DNA from: an uncultured Spirochaetota bacterium
GTDB taxonomy: Bacteria > Spirochaetota > Brevinematia > Brevinematales > JAOACQ01
Assembly (NCBI GenBank): GCA_963768055.1
Contig: CAVYGN010000002.1
Span: 1,504,001 to 1,568,000, forward strand
Length of the DNA: 64,000 bases
Reading direction: 5' to 3'
Shown here: piece by piece, positions 19,845-29,656 of the stretch
How the letters are laid out: every line of letters starts with the position of its first letter
How positions within the stretch are numbered: the first letter of the stretch is position 1
Notes under the pieces: model-generated
Seen by the model: the letters and a program-made list of their open reading frames with translations, nothing else
Database searches by the model: none
What the model was told of the DNA's origin: nothing
Program-made: the position numbers and the translations under genes

Positions 19845-20049
19845 GTTTATCTGCGGTTTCAGCTTCCGGCCATAAAGTTGTGTTTCTATCGCTTTTGCTT
19901 TATAATTGATCAACCTTATGACTTATCGGTTGTTTTTTTTAGCCATTCCCACAAGAATAGCAAACATCGCATTTATTGTAAAATTATTTTGTTTCAAGCT
20001 AAAATATCCTTTAATTCATGCTTAAAGCGTGAAAAACTATGGAGGTCAA

Positions 20050-20262
20050 ATGGGTTTTTATATAGAGATCGACGGCGAAATCTGCAAGGGCTGTTCAATC
20101 TGTATACCGGAGTGTCCGAAAAACGTCATAGGTATCGGAGATAATTTCAACGTAAAGGGATGGCGTTACGCCGTACCTTTTAAAAATGAGGATTGCATCG
20201 GCTGCAAAAAATGCGCGATAGTCTGCCCGGATGCGGCTATTAAAGTCTGGAAAGAGGATTAA
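20050..20262 (+). CDS. 2x[4Fe-4S] ferredoxin, oxidoreductase delta subunit
   Basis: CKGCSICIPECP and CIGCKKCAIVCPD; GGAGG RBS before ATG 20050. Confidence 0.9.
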   Translation: MGFYIEIDGEICKGCSICIPECPKNVIGIGDNFNVKGWRYAVPFKNEDCIGCKKCAIVCPDAAIKVWKED

Positions 20263-20264
20263 AT

Positions 20265-21353
20265 ATGAAAAAAGGGGAAATATTGCTGATGAAAGGCAAC
20301 TGCGCGATGGCCGAGGGCGCCATTATCGCGGGATGCCGTTATTATTTCGGCTATCCGATAACACCGCAAAACGAAGTTCCGGAATATATGTCCGAAAGGA
20401 TGCCCCAGGTCGGAGGAGTTTTTATCCAGGCTGAAAGCGAGCTTGCCTCCATAAACATGGTGTTCGGGGCGGCAGCAGCCGGGGCCAGGGTAATGACGAG
20501 CACTTCTTCGCCGGGTTTCAGCCTCATGCAGGAGGGAATTTCCTACCTGGCCGGCGCCAGGCTGCCATGCGTCGCTGCGAATGTGCAGAGATGCGGCCCC
20601 GGGCTGGGCAACGTCTGGACCGGTCAATGCGATTACTTTCAGGCGGTTAAAGGCGGCGGAAACGGGGATTACCAAATAATCGTTCTTGCCCCCGCCTCAC
20701 CCCAGGAAATGATGGACCTGACCATTCTGGCCTTTGAGCTTTCCGACAAATACAGGGTTCCCGCGCTTATTTTAAGCGATGCGATTATAGGCCAGATGAT
20801 GGAAAAGGTCGTGATCAGGGAAAATGTTACAAAAATAAATGATAAACCATGGGCTTTGACCGGTGCGAAAAACAGGGCAAAGAACGTAATCCGCTCGTTA
20901 TACGGAAGCGAGGACGCAATAGAACAAAACAATATTACTTTGCAGGAAACCTATTCATTGATAAAGAAAAACGAGGTCCGTTTTGAAAGTTTCGACACCG
21001 ATGACGCCCAATTAACCGTTGTCGCCTACGGAACATCCGCCAGGATCGCAAGGAACGCTGTCCGCAGGCTCAGGGAGGAGGGCCGCAAGGTCGGGTTCTT
21101 CCGGCCGGTTACTCTATATCCCTTTCCTTATGGTGAAATAGAAAAAATGGCTTTAAAAGGAACGAAATATTTCCTGACTGTAGAAATGAGCGCCGGACAG
21201 ATGGTGGAGGACGTTTACCTTGCGGCTGGCAGTAAAGCGGAAACCTGCTTTTATGGAAGGACCGGGGGAAATATAGTGGAAGAGAACGAGATATGCGGCA
21301 GGGCCGTATCCCTTCTAAACGGTAAAGGGAGGGACTATATATGGCACATTTAA
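20265..21353 (+). CDS. vorB: 2-oxoacid (ketoisovalerate-type):ferredoxin oxidoreductase alpha subunit (VorB-like)
   Basis: GYPITPQNE, QAESELASINMVFGA, TSSPGFSLMQEGISY, GGGNGDY. Confidence 0.85.
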   Translation: MKKGEILLMKGNCAMAEGAIIAGCRYYFGYPITPQNEVPEYMSERMPQVGGVFIQAESELASINMVFGAAAAGARVMTSTSSPGFSLMQEGISYLAGARLPCVAANVQRCGPGLGNVWTGQCDYFQAVKGGGNGDYQIIVLAPASPQEMMDLTILAFELSDKYRVPALILSDAIIGQMMEKVVIRENVTKINDKPWALTGAKNRAKNVIRSLYGSEDAIEQNNITLQETYSLIKKNEVRFESFDTDDAQLTVVAYGTSARIARNAVRRLREEGRKVGFFRPVTLYPFPYGEIEKMALKGTKYFLTVEMSAGQMVEDVYLAAGSKAETCFYGRTGGNIVEENEICGRAVSLLNGKGRDYIWHI

Positions 21354-22096
21354 TTTACAATAAACCGTCAAGCATGACAGGAAAACCTATGCACTACTGC
21401 CCCGGATGCGGGCATGGCGTAGTTCACCGCCTGATCTGCGAGGTCATAGACGAACTTGGCGTAAGAGAGAGTACAATCGGCGTCGCCCCGGTCGGCTGCG
21501 CTGTTTTTGCTTATGATTACTGGGATTTCGATGTCAGCGAAGCGGCCCATGGAAGGGCTTCGTCGGTCGCGACGGCTATAAAAAGGGTTCACAATGACAA
21601 GCTCGTCATATGCTACCAGGGCGATGGAGACCTTGCCTCAATCGGCATGGCTGAAACCATACATACCGCGAACAGGGGCGAGAATATTACCGTGGTTTTT
21701 ATAAATAACGCGAATTACGGCATGACCGGCGGCCAGATGGCCCCTACCACTCTTATAGGGCAGAAGACCTCTACGACGCCTGCCGGAAGAAAGGCTTCGT
21801 CCGAAGGTTATCCCCTTAAAATGGCTGAAATGATATCGGCTTTGCCTTCAGTCGTTTATTCTGTGAGGACGACAGTCGCAGATTTCAAGGGGGTCGTTAT
21901 GACAAAAAATGCCATAAAAAAGGCTTTTAAACTTCAACTCGGCAGCGGCGGTTATTCTTTCATAGAGGTCCTTTCGAACTGTAATACAAACTGGAGAATG
22001 AGCCCTCTTGACGCCAATAAATGGATACTGGGCGAAATGGTCAAAACATTCCCCCTCGGGACATATAAGGATCTGCCGGAAGGAGAAAAATTATGA
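21341..22096 (+). CDS. 2-oxoacid:ferredoxin oxidoreductase beta (TPP-binding) subunit
   Basis: HYCPGCGHG, YQGDGDLASIG, NNANYGMTGGQMAPTT. Confidence 0.9.
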   Translation: MAHLIYNKPSSMTGKPMHYCPGCGHGVVHRLICEVIDELGVRESTIGVAPVGCAVFAYDYWDFDVSEAAHGRASSVATAIKRVHNDKLVICYQGDGDLASIGMAETIHTANRGENITVVFINNANYGMTGGQMAPTTLIGQKTSTTPAGRKASSEGYPLKMAEMISALPSVVYSVRTTVADFKGVVMTKNAIKKAFKLQLGSGGYSFIEVLSNCNTNWRMSPLDANKWILGEMVKTFPLGTYKDLPEGEKL

Positions 22097-22629
22097 ATCT
22101 GGATATTATTCTTTCCGGGTTCGGAGGCCAGGGTGTCCTGTCGGCAGGGTTGATACTCTCGGAATCCGCTATCCTTGAAGGCCTTAATACGACATACTTT
22201 CCTTCTTACGGGGCTGAGATGAGGGGAGGAACGGCGAATTGCCATATAAGAATATCCGATAAAGAGATCGCGTCCCCAATAGTTTTAGCTCCCGATATAT
22301 TGATCGCCATGTCTATGCCGGCTCTGAACAAGTTTCTTCACAGGGTAAAAAAGGGAGGTAAGGTCCTCTTCAATTCCGATACAAAAGATGACGGCTTCGA
22401 TTCTGAACACAGATCCATCATAAAGGTTGGCTGCGAAAAGATAGCGGTGGAAAAGCTCGGTTCGGCTAAAACGGCCAATATGATAATGATCGGAGCTTTT
22501 ATAAAGATTTCATCAGCCCTTTCTCTCGATAATATCAGAAAAGCCATAGAGGGCAAGTTTGGTAAAAAGGGCGGGAAAATAGTTGAAATGAATTTTCAGG
22601 CACTCTCGATCGGCTATGACGCCGTTTGA
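22093..22629 (+). CDS. 2-oxoacid:ferredoxin oxidoreductase gamma subunit
   Basis: GFGGQGVL, PSYGAEMRGGTANC, ANMIMIGA. Confidence 0.92.
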   Translation: MNLDIILSGFGGQGVLSAGLILSESAILEGLNTTYFPSYGAEMRGGTANCHIRISDKEIASPIVLAPDILIAMSMPALNKFLHRVKKGGKVLFNSDTKDDGFDSEHRSIIKVGCEKIAVEKLGSAKTANMIMIGAFIKISSALSLDNIRKAIEGKFGKKGGKIVEMNFQALSIGYDAV

Positions 22630-22643
22630 CGGAGGAATAAGTC

Positions 22644-25157
22644 ATGAGTTTTAAACGCTTTTTACATGAAGCCAGGCTCAAGCTGCCTCTCACTTCAATG
22701 CAGAGAATATTCTTTTCATGCCTTATCGCTCTGGGAGCTGTGATAGGCATATTTATAGCGTATATAATAATCACCTTTTCCGAATTAAAAGATATAAAAC
22801 CTCTGGAAAATTACTCATCATACGATGTCCCTACCAAGGTCTATGATATCAACAATAAACTGATAACCGAATATTACAGGGAAAAGAGGGAACTTGTCTC
22901 CTTCAAGGCCCTGCCGGATTCCCTTATAAAAGCTATTATAGCCGCTGAAGATAATGATTTTTATAATCACCACGGCTTCAATCCGATGGCGTTCTTTCGT
23001 GCGATAATTGTGGATATAATAAAGGGGAAGCGGGCGCAGGGAGCCTCGACTATAACCCAGCAGCTTGCCAAAAACCTTTTTACCGGCGGAGAAAAAAGCT
23101 ATTTCAGAAAGATCATCGAGCTCTGGTACGCCTTTCAGATAGAAAAGAAATATTCAAAGGAAGAGATCCTGGAGTTATACTTCAACAAGGTTTACTTCGG
23201 GCATGGCTGTAACGGGGTCCAGGCCGCGTCTCATTATTTTTTCGACAAGGATGTCAAGGACCTGACAATAGGGGAGGCGAGCCTTTTAGCCGGGCTTGTC
23301 CAGTCGCCTGAATCGGATTCGCCTGTGCTCAACCCTTATAAGGCGCAGTCGAGACATAGGGAAGTTTTGAATTCGATGGTGAAGATGAACTTTTTAACGA
23401 AGGATGAAGCAGACGATATTTTCGATCAATTCTGGAACAACTATGCAACGATTATGAAGGTCAAAGCGATTAACGTGCAGAAAACTCAATCGAACCCGGC
23501 GCCCTTTTTTACCGAATTTATCCGCCAGATCCTTACTCAGAGATACGGCGAGGATAAACTTTATTCGGGGGGCCTCCAGATTTATACAACCCTTGATATC
23601 GATAAGCAGAACGTTGCGAACGATGAAATGGATAAACAGATCTCCAACGAACAGATCAATTACGACCATGATACCCGCTTAAATACCCAGCGTTTTAAAG
23701 AGAACTATCAGGACATTATCGACCTGGTAAGCCTTTATTTCGGTATAAACACGATAAAGGTCGGAAAGGGAAGGGTGAGGGAACATCTTGAGAATATGTA
23801 TAAAAATTACAACGATATGATCTACCTTTCATCATTTGTTTTAGGCCTCAACGGTTTGAACGATAAGATTAAAGGACAGTACCGCCTGCCTGCCCTTGTA
23901 CAGCAGAAACAGGACCAGGTGGAAGGTGCGATGATCTCGATAAACCCTAAAAACGGGTACATAGAGGCCCTTGTCGGAGGAAGCGAATTTAACTACGCAA
24001 ATCAGTACAACAGGGCAATGCTGGCCCAGAGACAGATGGGTTCGCTTTTTAAGGTCGTATATTACACGGATGCTATAGACAGGGGCATTATAACCCCTGC
24101 TTCGGTCTATATGGATATGCCAATGATTTACGATGATCCATCGGGAAAGCCCTACGAACCGAGGAATTATGAAGGTACTTTCAGGGGCAAGATAAGAGTC
24201 AGGGATGCGCTTCGTTATTCAGTCAATGTTGTAGCCGTCCAGATCTGGGACCATATGCTCAGGACCCTAGGTTATAACTCAATCATAGATAAGATGTCGC
24301 AATACTTCAGTATTCCTTCCGATGAATTAAGGAACAGGGTCAAACCTTCGCTTTCTTACGCTCTGGGCGTAGGAGCTTTTACCCCGTTTGAGGTCGCAAA
24401 ATTTTTCGCGTGCATAGCGAATGACGGGGTTGCCGTCAAACCTCTCGCTATATTGAAGGTGAAAGACAGGTTCGGAAGGGTAATTGACGATTTCGAGATG
24501 GAAAGGGACCTTGACAGGGACAGCAGGAAGCAGGTTATGAGCCCCGGAGCCGCCTTTATCATGCAGAGCATGCTCAACACCGTGCTTTATGAAGGTACAG
24601 GGTTTGAAGCGGTAAGCGAAACCGGATTTCCTACAATGGCCGCCGGCGGTAAAACAGGTACGGCGGAAAACTGGAAGGACGCCTGGTTCGCCGGCTTTAC
24701 AAAAGATCTGACAACAATAGTCTGGATGGGCTTCGATGATCCGAGAAAATCATTCGGTAAAGACAGAACGGCCGCCCTCGTTGCAGCGCCTGTCTGGATG
24801 AGATATATGAAACAGGTGCTTGAAAACGCACCTGATATTCCATTTCAGCAGCCGTCGGACGTTGTCGAATTACAGGTATGCGCAAATTCAGGCCTTCTCA
24901 CAACAACGTTTTGTCCGCGTGTAATTAACGAGTATTTCTTAAAGGATAACGCTCCGGTAAAGAAGTGTGATATTCATACTTCTGAAGCAACTTCAAGAGA
25001 AGACGAGGATAAAGAGATATACAAACTGACTAATTCGCTCAATCTTAAGGACATAGAAAACAGCGACGATGCCTCCAACACAAACTATAACGAACTCGAG
25101 GATATGAAACAGTCGATAAAGTCTGAAAAACTGAATATAAAATCGGGAATTGAATGA
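22644..25157 (+). CDS. Class A penicillin-binding protein (PBP1A family)
   Basis: TM anchor, EDNDFYNHHG, GASTITQQLAKN, transpeptidase GSLFK, SVN and KTGT. Confidence 0.93.
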   Translation: MSFKRFLHEARLKLPLTSMQRIFFSCLIALGAVIGIFIAYIIITFSELKDIKPLENYSSYDVPTKVYDINNKLITEYYREKRELVSFKALPDSLIKAIIAAEDNDFYNHHGFNPMAFFRAIIVDIIKGKRAQGASTITQQLAKNLFTGGEKSYFRKIIELWYAFQIEKKYSKEEILELYFNKVYFGHGCNGVQAASHYFFDKDVKDLTIGEASLLAGLVQSPESDSPVLNPYKAQSRHREVLNSMVKMNFLTKDEADDIFDQFWNNYATIMKVKAINVQKTQSNPAPFFTEFIRQILTQRYGEDKLYSGGLQIYTTLDIDKQNVANDEMDKQISNEQINYDHDTRLNTQRFKENYQDIIDLVSLYFGINTIKVGKGRVREHLENMYKNYNDMIYLSSFVLGLNGLNDKIKGQYRLPALVQQKQDQVEGAMISINPKNGYIEALVGGSEFNYANQYNRAMLAQRQMGSLFKVVYYTDAIDRGIITPASVYMDMPMIYDDPSGKPYEPRNYEGTFRGKIRVRDALRYSVNVVAVQIWDHMLRTLGYNSIIDKMSQYFSIPSDELRNRVKPSLSYALGVGAFTPFEVAKFFACIANDGVAVKPLAILKVKDRFGRVIDDFEMERDLDRDSRKQVMSPGAAFIMQSMLNTVLYEGTGFEAVSETGFPTMAAGGKTGTAENWKDAWFAGFTKDLTTIVWMGFDDPRKSFGKDRTAALVAAPVWMRYMKQVLENAPDIPFQQPSDVVELQVCANSGLLTTTFCPRVINEYFLKDNAPVKKCDIHTSEATSREDEDKEIYKLTNSLNLKDIENSDDASNTNYNELEDMKQSIKSEKLNIKSGIE

Positions 25158-26776
25158 AATTCATCGTCATTGATGGATTTGTCGACGAGCCTACCTGCCT
25201 TGGAGTTCCTCCTTATGTATCCACATATATCAGATATGCCGCCGGCGCCGCGAAGTCTGCAGGCGCTTCCTTCATCGGCTATAAAACTATCGACGATCTC
25301 AGGGAATCCGATTATCTCCTGAAAAGCGGAGAAGAGGGTTTCGATGCAGCAGCGATAATTACCGGCAACCCTGTCCCTGGGAAATACCTGGGAGGATTAC
25401 CGGTAAAGCAAAACGAAATAGGAAAGATTGTCGAAAGAAATAATAAAACAAGCTTTTTCATCGGCGGGCCGATAAGATTTTCCTCTTTTCTTCCGGAATA
25501 TCCGAATGCAGTTAATGTCAGGCTGGATATCGAGTCATATATTTATCAGTATATTAAGGGAAATAAACCTGCCGAAAGGTACAGAACTCCCGAAGAGCTC
25601 GAGCTATTTTCAATTAAAGGCGCTTTTATAATGCGTCACCACCCGCGGTATCCGGATATTATCGCCGAAATTGAAACTGGCAGAGGCTGCCCAAGAAAAA
25701 CACATTGTTCATTCTGTGTCGAGGGATCCTATAAAGTCGAATTCAGGGCCCCGGAAGGGGTGATACGGGAAATTACCGAACTCAGAAAAGAGGGAATCCT
25801 GCATTTCAGGCTGGGTAAACAGGCGGATCTTTATGCTTTCGGATCTGAATTAAATGAGTGGAAAAACGGCTTTCCTCGGCCTGACATCGACTCTATCTCC
25901 AGGCTTTACGAGGGCATCAGAAACTCGGTCCCCGACCTCAAAACTCTCCACCTCGACAATGTGAATCCCGGAACAATCGCGAATTACCCTGATGAATCAG
26001 CCAGGATAAGTGAAATTATATCTAAGTTTAACACGCCCGGCGATGTAGCGGCTCTTGGCATGGAAAGCGCCGACCCCTCTGTGATAAAAAGGAACTGCCT
26101 CAAGGCGAATCCCGGAGAAGTCATGAAGGCCGTCGAAATAATAAATGCCGCGGGCGGATGGAGGGAAAATATGCTTCCGAAGCTTCTGCCCGGCCTGAAT
26201 TTTATCAGGGGATTGCCAGGCGAAACTAAGGAGACTTTTAAAATGAATTACGAGTTTCTTTTAAGCGTCCTGGATTCGGGTCTTCTTCTTCGGAGGATCA
26301 ATATCCGGCAGTTGAAATTGCCGGCAGGAACCTTACTCCGCTCCTTTACAGGTAAAAATGAAAAGGTTCTGGATGCAGTTTTCAGGAATTATCGTGAAAA
26401 AATCAGAAGGGATGTAGATATTCCGATGATAAAAAAGGTTTTTCCGGCCGGCACTTTAATCCGGGACGCTATAGTAGAAACAGTCAGGGGTTCATGGAGC
26501 ATCGCGCGTCCGATCGGAACTTATCCCATAGCGGTTAATATTCCCAGACAGCTTGAAATTTTCAAAAAGATTTCGGTTTTAATCATCGGGTACCGTGAAA
26601 GGTCCCTTGTGGGGCTTCCCTGTCCTTTCGTCATTGAAAAAGCCACATTGCAAGAACTCCGGCAGATTCCGGGTTTTTCAAGGAAAGCGGGAGAGATAAT
26701 GGCGAAAAAAAAGATATTGAAAACCGACCTGGACTCTTCTCCGATCTATGAGAGTATAAAGGATTATATCTTATAA
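25154..26776 (+). CDS. Radical SAM protein with C-terminal helix-hairpin-helix (COG1031-like)
   Basis: IDGFVDEPTCLGVPPYVS, ETGRGC..HCSFC, LHLDNVNP, LRRINIRQ, RPIGTYP, ELRQIPGF. Confidence 0.8.
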   Translation: MKFIVIDGFVDEPTCLGVPPYVSTYIRYAAGAAKSAGASFIGYKTIDDLRESDYLLKSGEEGFDAAAIITGNPVPGKYLGGLPVKQNEIGKIVERNNKTSFFIGGPIRFSSFLPEYPNAVNVRLDIESYIYQYIKGNKPAERYRTPEELELFSIKGAFIMRHHPRYPDIIAEIETGRGCPRKTHCSFCVEGSYKVEFRAPEGVIREITELRKEGILHFRLGKQADLYAFGSELNEWKNGFPRPDIDSISRLYEGIRNSVPDLKTLHLDNVNPGTIANYPDESARISEIISKFNTPGDVAALGMESADPSVIKRNCLKANPGEVMKAVEIINAAGGWRENMLPKLLPGLNFIRGLPGETKETFKMNYEFLLSVLDSGLLLRRINIRQLKLPAGTLLRSFTGKNEKVLDAVFRNYREKIRRDVDIPMIKKVFPAGTLIRDAIVETVRGSWSIARPIGTYPIAVNIPRQLEIFKKISVLIIGYRERSLVGLPCPFVIEKATLQELRQIPGFSRKAGEIMAKKKILKTDLDSSPIYESIKDYIL

Positions 26777-26782
26777 TAAGGA

Positions 26783-26831
26783 AGATTTCTCGTCATACAG
26801 CCCCTTTAGGGGCTGTTATCCTCGAAATGAC
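26783..26831. repeat. REP-like palindromic element / possible terminator
   Basis: AGATTTCTCG..ACAGCCCCT-TT-AGGGGCTGT..CTCGAAATGAC; CTCGAAATGAC recurs at 31350-31360. Confidence 0.55.
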
Positions 26832-26932
26832 GGATGTTGGACATTTCGACCCGGAAACCAATCAATTTGTTTGTACATAATTATCAAACATGATTATAAT
26901 ATAGCTAATCAGGTTTAAGGGGACTTGGGGCG

Positions 26933-27802
26933 ATGGACTTTCCTGAAAAAATTACGAGAAAATTTGAAGAAGCTATCGGTTCCGGTGCACTTCAATTCTT
27001 TGCCACCGAAGAGAGGATAGTCAGGGACGAAATCGATTTTATGGTATTCGTTCTTAAATATCTGAGCGTGAAGGACAAGAAGTCCTGGAATAAACGTAAA
27101 AACTCACAGGATCAAGAGAATGCTAACGATCCTTTCCTTCCGTATGAAAAGGACCTTTTTATAGACAATATTACCGATACGCATATATGCCTTCTCAATA
27201 AATATAATGTAATGAAAAATCATATTTTGATAGTAACCCGCGAGTTTGAGGATCAGGAATCCGCTTTATCAGAGCCGGATTTTGAGGCTTTATGGCTATG
27301 CATGGAAAAGATCGAAGGTCTCGCTTTCTATAATAGCGGAGAGAAAGCCGGAGCGAGCCAGCGCCATAAGCATATGCAAATAGTCGAACTTCCCCTGGCG
27401 GGGCAAATGGACAAACTGCCGATAGTTCATCTCATTTCCGGTCTCTCAAGCAGTTCAGCCCCATTATTGGTTCCCCGATTCGAATTCAGGCATGGGCTTT
27501 ATTTTTTAACTCCCGAAAAATTACTTGGGAAAAAAAGAGCGGGTTTTTATCTTATGGAAAAATATCTTTCGCTTCTTGAATATACGGGACTTGCTGAAAA
27601 TTGGGGGCCTTACAACCTCCTTATTACTAAAGACTGGATGCTTCTTATCCCTAGAATTCTTGAATGTTATAAAGGAATATCGGTAAATTCTCTTGGATTT
27701 GCCGGTACCTTCCTTGTTAAAGACGCTAAAGATTTCCGGGAAATAGAACGGGCGGGCCTGTTAAAAATACTGGGCTCCGTGGCCAGTCCGTTTGCAGGAT
27801 AA
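26933..27802 (+). CDS. ATP adenylyltransferase / Ap4A phosphorylase II
   Basis: DPFLPYEKDL, LLNKYNV..HILIVT, FYNSG..AGASQRHKHMQ, SVNSLGFAG. Confidence 0.9.
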   Translation: MDFPEKITRKFEEAIGSGALQFFATEERIVRDEIDFMVFVLKYLSVKDKKSWNKRKNSQDQENANDPFLPYEKDLFIDNITDTHICLLNKYNVMKNHILIVTREFEDQESALSEPDFEALWLCMEKIEGLAFYNSGEKAGASQRHKHMQIVELPLAGQMDKLPIVHLISGLSSSSAPLLVPRFEFRHGLYFLTPEKLLGKKRAGFYLMEKYLSLLEYTGLAENWGPYNLLITKDWMLLIPRILECYKGISVNSLGFAGTFLVKDAKDFREIERAGLLKILGSVASPFAG

Positions 27803-27915
27803 AAAATTAGCTTGCATTTATAATAAAAATTTATTAAAATTATGGGCACTTCTAATAACCGCCTTTTTAAGGCCTTATGACCGCTGTGGCTTAAATATTC
27901 AGATGCGGGGTGAAT

Positions 27916-29649
27916 ATGGAACTAAAAACAGTAAGGGACCTGATCGAATATATCGGTATATTCGGGACCAAACCGGCTACAAGGATAAAAGAAAAGGACG
28001 ATTCATACAGGGAATGTTCTTTCGACGATTACAAAAGAAACTCGAAATATATTGCCGCATACCTGAGTAAAAAGAAACATATGGAGAAGGGGGATATGGC
28101 CGCCATATATTCCGAAAATAAACCGGAATGGCTGATGGCTTATTTCGGCATAGTATATAACGGACTCTGGGCGGTTCCTCTGGATGCAAGGCTTACCGAT
28201 ATTGAAGTTAAGAACCTGCTTCTTGATTGCGGCGCGAAAATATTATTTTTGTCTAAAAATCTTTATGATAATTTGAGCTCTTCCCCGGAGATTTTACGCC
28301 ATGTTAAAGAATTTATCATATTTGATGATTCCGGGGACGGTTTTAAATATACGAAGAAATTAAAAAAGTTTTCAGAGGTTTTAGACGAGGGTAAAATTCT
28401 TGCAGGAGATATGGCCCCGGTTGAAATTTTTGAAAAAGATACCGCATCGCTGATATACACCTCAGGCACAATGGGGAGCCCGAAGGGGGTTATTCTTTCA
28501 CATGGCAATTTCGCCCATCAATTCAACGCAATACCCAAATCATTACCGTTAAACCAGGAGGATACGCTTCTCTCGGTCCTGCCTCTTCACCATACATTCG
28601 AGTTCTCATGCGAACTTGCCGTTCTGTATATAGGGATATCGATCACTTACGCCGAAAGTTTAAAACCTAATAAAATCTTAGCCAATATTAAGGAAACCAA
28701 TGTGACTTTCATGGCCGGGGTGCCTCTTCTGTATGAAAAAATATACGAGGGTATAATGAGGCAGGTCAGGAATCTCCCCCCCGGGCTCAGGCAGCTGATG
28801 ATGGGTCTTTACTATCTCACATCCGGACTCAACAAGTTGACTAATAATAAAACCGGGAAAACTGTATTCAAATTTTTGAGAAAAAAAGCAAACCTCGTCA
28901 AGATCAGGTTTGTAGTGTCCGGAGCGGCTCCCCTTAATTACAAGGTTGCGAAGGGTTTTGAAACGCTCGGCCTGACAATATTGAACGGGTACGGCCTCAC
29001 CGAGGCTTCCCCGGTAGTAGCGGTAAACCGGGTGGAAAGAAAGATAAAGAACCAATCGGTAGGAATCCCGATCCCCGGCGTGGAGGTCAGGATCGGAGAC
29101 CTGGATGATCAGGGCAACGGTGAAATATTTTTACGAGGCCCCAATATAATGCAGGGTTATTACAAGAATAAAAAGATCGATACTGAACTTATTGATGAAG
29201 ACGGATGGCTTGCAACAGGCGACATAGGCAAATTGGATGATGAGGGTTATCTTTATATAACCGGACGGAAGAAAAGCATTATTGTGACACCGGGCGGTAA
29301 AAATGTCTATCCTGAAGAGATCGAGGAAATCCTGAATTCAAGCCCTTTCATACTGGAATCTCTGATTATAGGGATCCCGCAATCGGAAGACAGCAAGGGC
29401 GAGAATATCTACGCACTTGTGGTCCCCGACTATGAGTATTTCGACACGTTCGGAACTTTGAATTCTTTCAAGATAACGGATGAATTTATTGAGAATACGA
29501 TCGTCAAGCATGTAAGGGAAGTATCAAGCCGTCTGGCGGATTATAAAAAGATCAAAGGCTGGAGGATCAGGAACGAAGAGTTTCCGAAAACATCGACCAG
29601 GAAGATCAAGCGCTATTTATTTTCCGGCAGGGATTTTTTGAGCAGCTAG
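27916..29649 (+). CDS. Long-chain fatty acid-CoA ligase (AMP-binding)
   Basis: YTSGTMGSPKGV, LPLHH, SGAAPL, GYGLTE, GWLATGDIG, GRKK..GGKNVYPEEIE. Confidence 0.92.
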   Translation: MELKTVRDLIEYIGIFGTKPATRIKEKDDSYRECSFDDYKRNSKYIAAYLSKKKHMEKGDMAAIYSENKPEWLMAYFGIVYNGLWAVPLDARLTDIEVKNLLLDCGAKILFLSKNLYDNLSSSPEILRHVKEFIIFDDSGDGFKYTKKLKKFSEVLDEGKILAGDMAPVEIFEKDTASLIYTSGTMGSPKGVILSHGNFAHQFNAIPKSLPLNQEDTLLSVLPLHHTFEFSCELAVLYIGISITYAESLKPNKILANIKETNVTFMAGVPLLYEKIYEGIMRQVRNLPPGLRQLMMGLYYLTSGLNKLTNNKTGKTVFKFLRKKANLVKIRFVVSGAAPLNYKVAKGFETLGLTILNGYGLTEASPVVAVNRVERKIKNQSVGIPIPGVEVRIGDLDDQGNGEIFLRGPNIMQGYYKNKKIDTELIDEDGWLATGDIGKLDDEGYLYITGRKKSIIVTPGGKNVYPEEIEEILNSSPFILESLIIGIPQSEDSKGENIYALVVPDYEYFDTFGTLNSFKITDEFIENTIVKHVREVSSRLADYKKIKGWRIRNEEFPKTSTRKIKRYLFSGRDFLSS

Positions 29650-29656
29650 AAATCGA

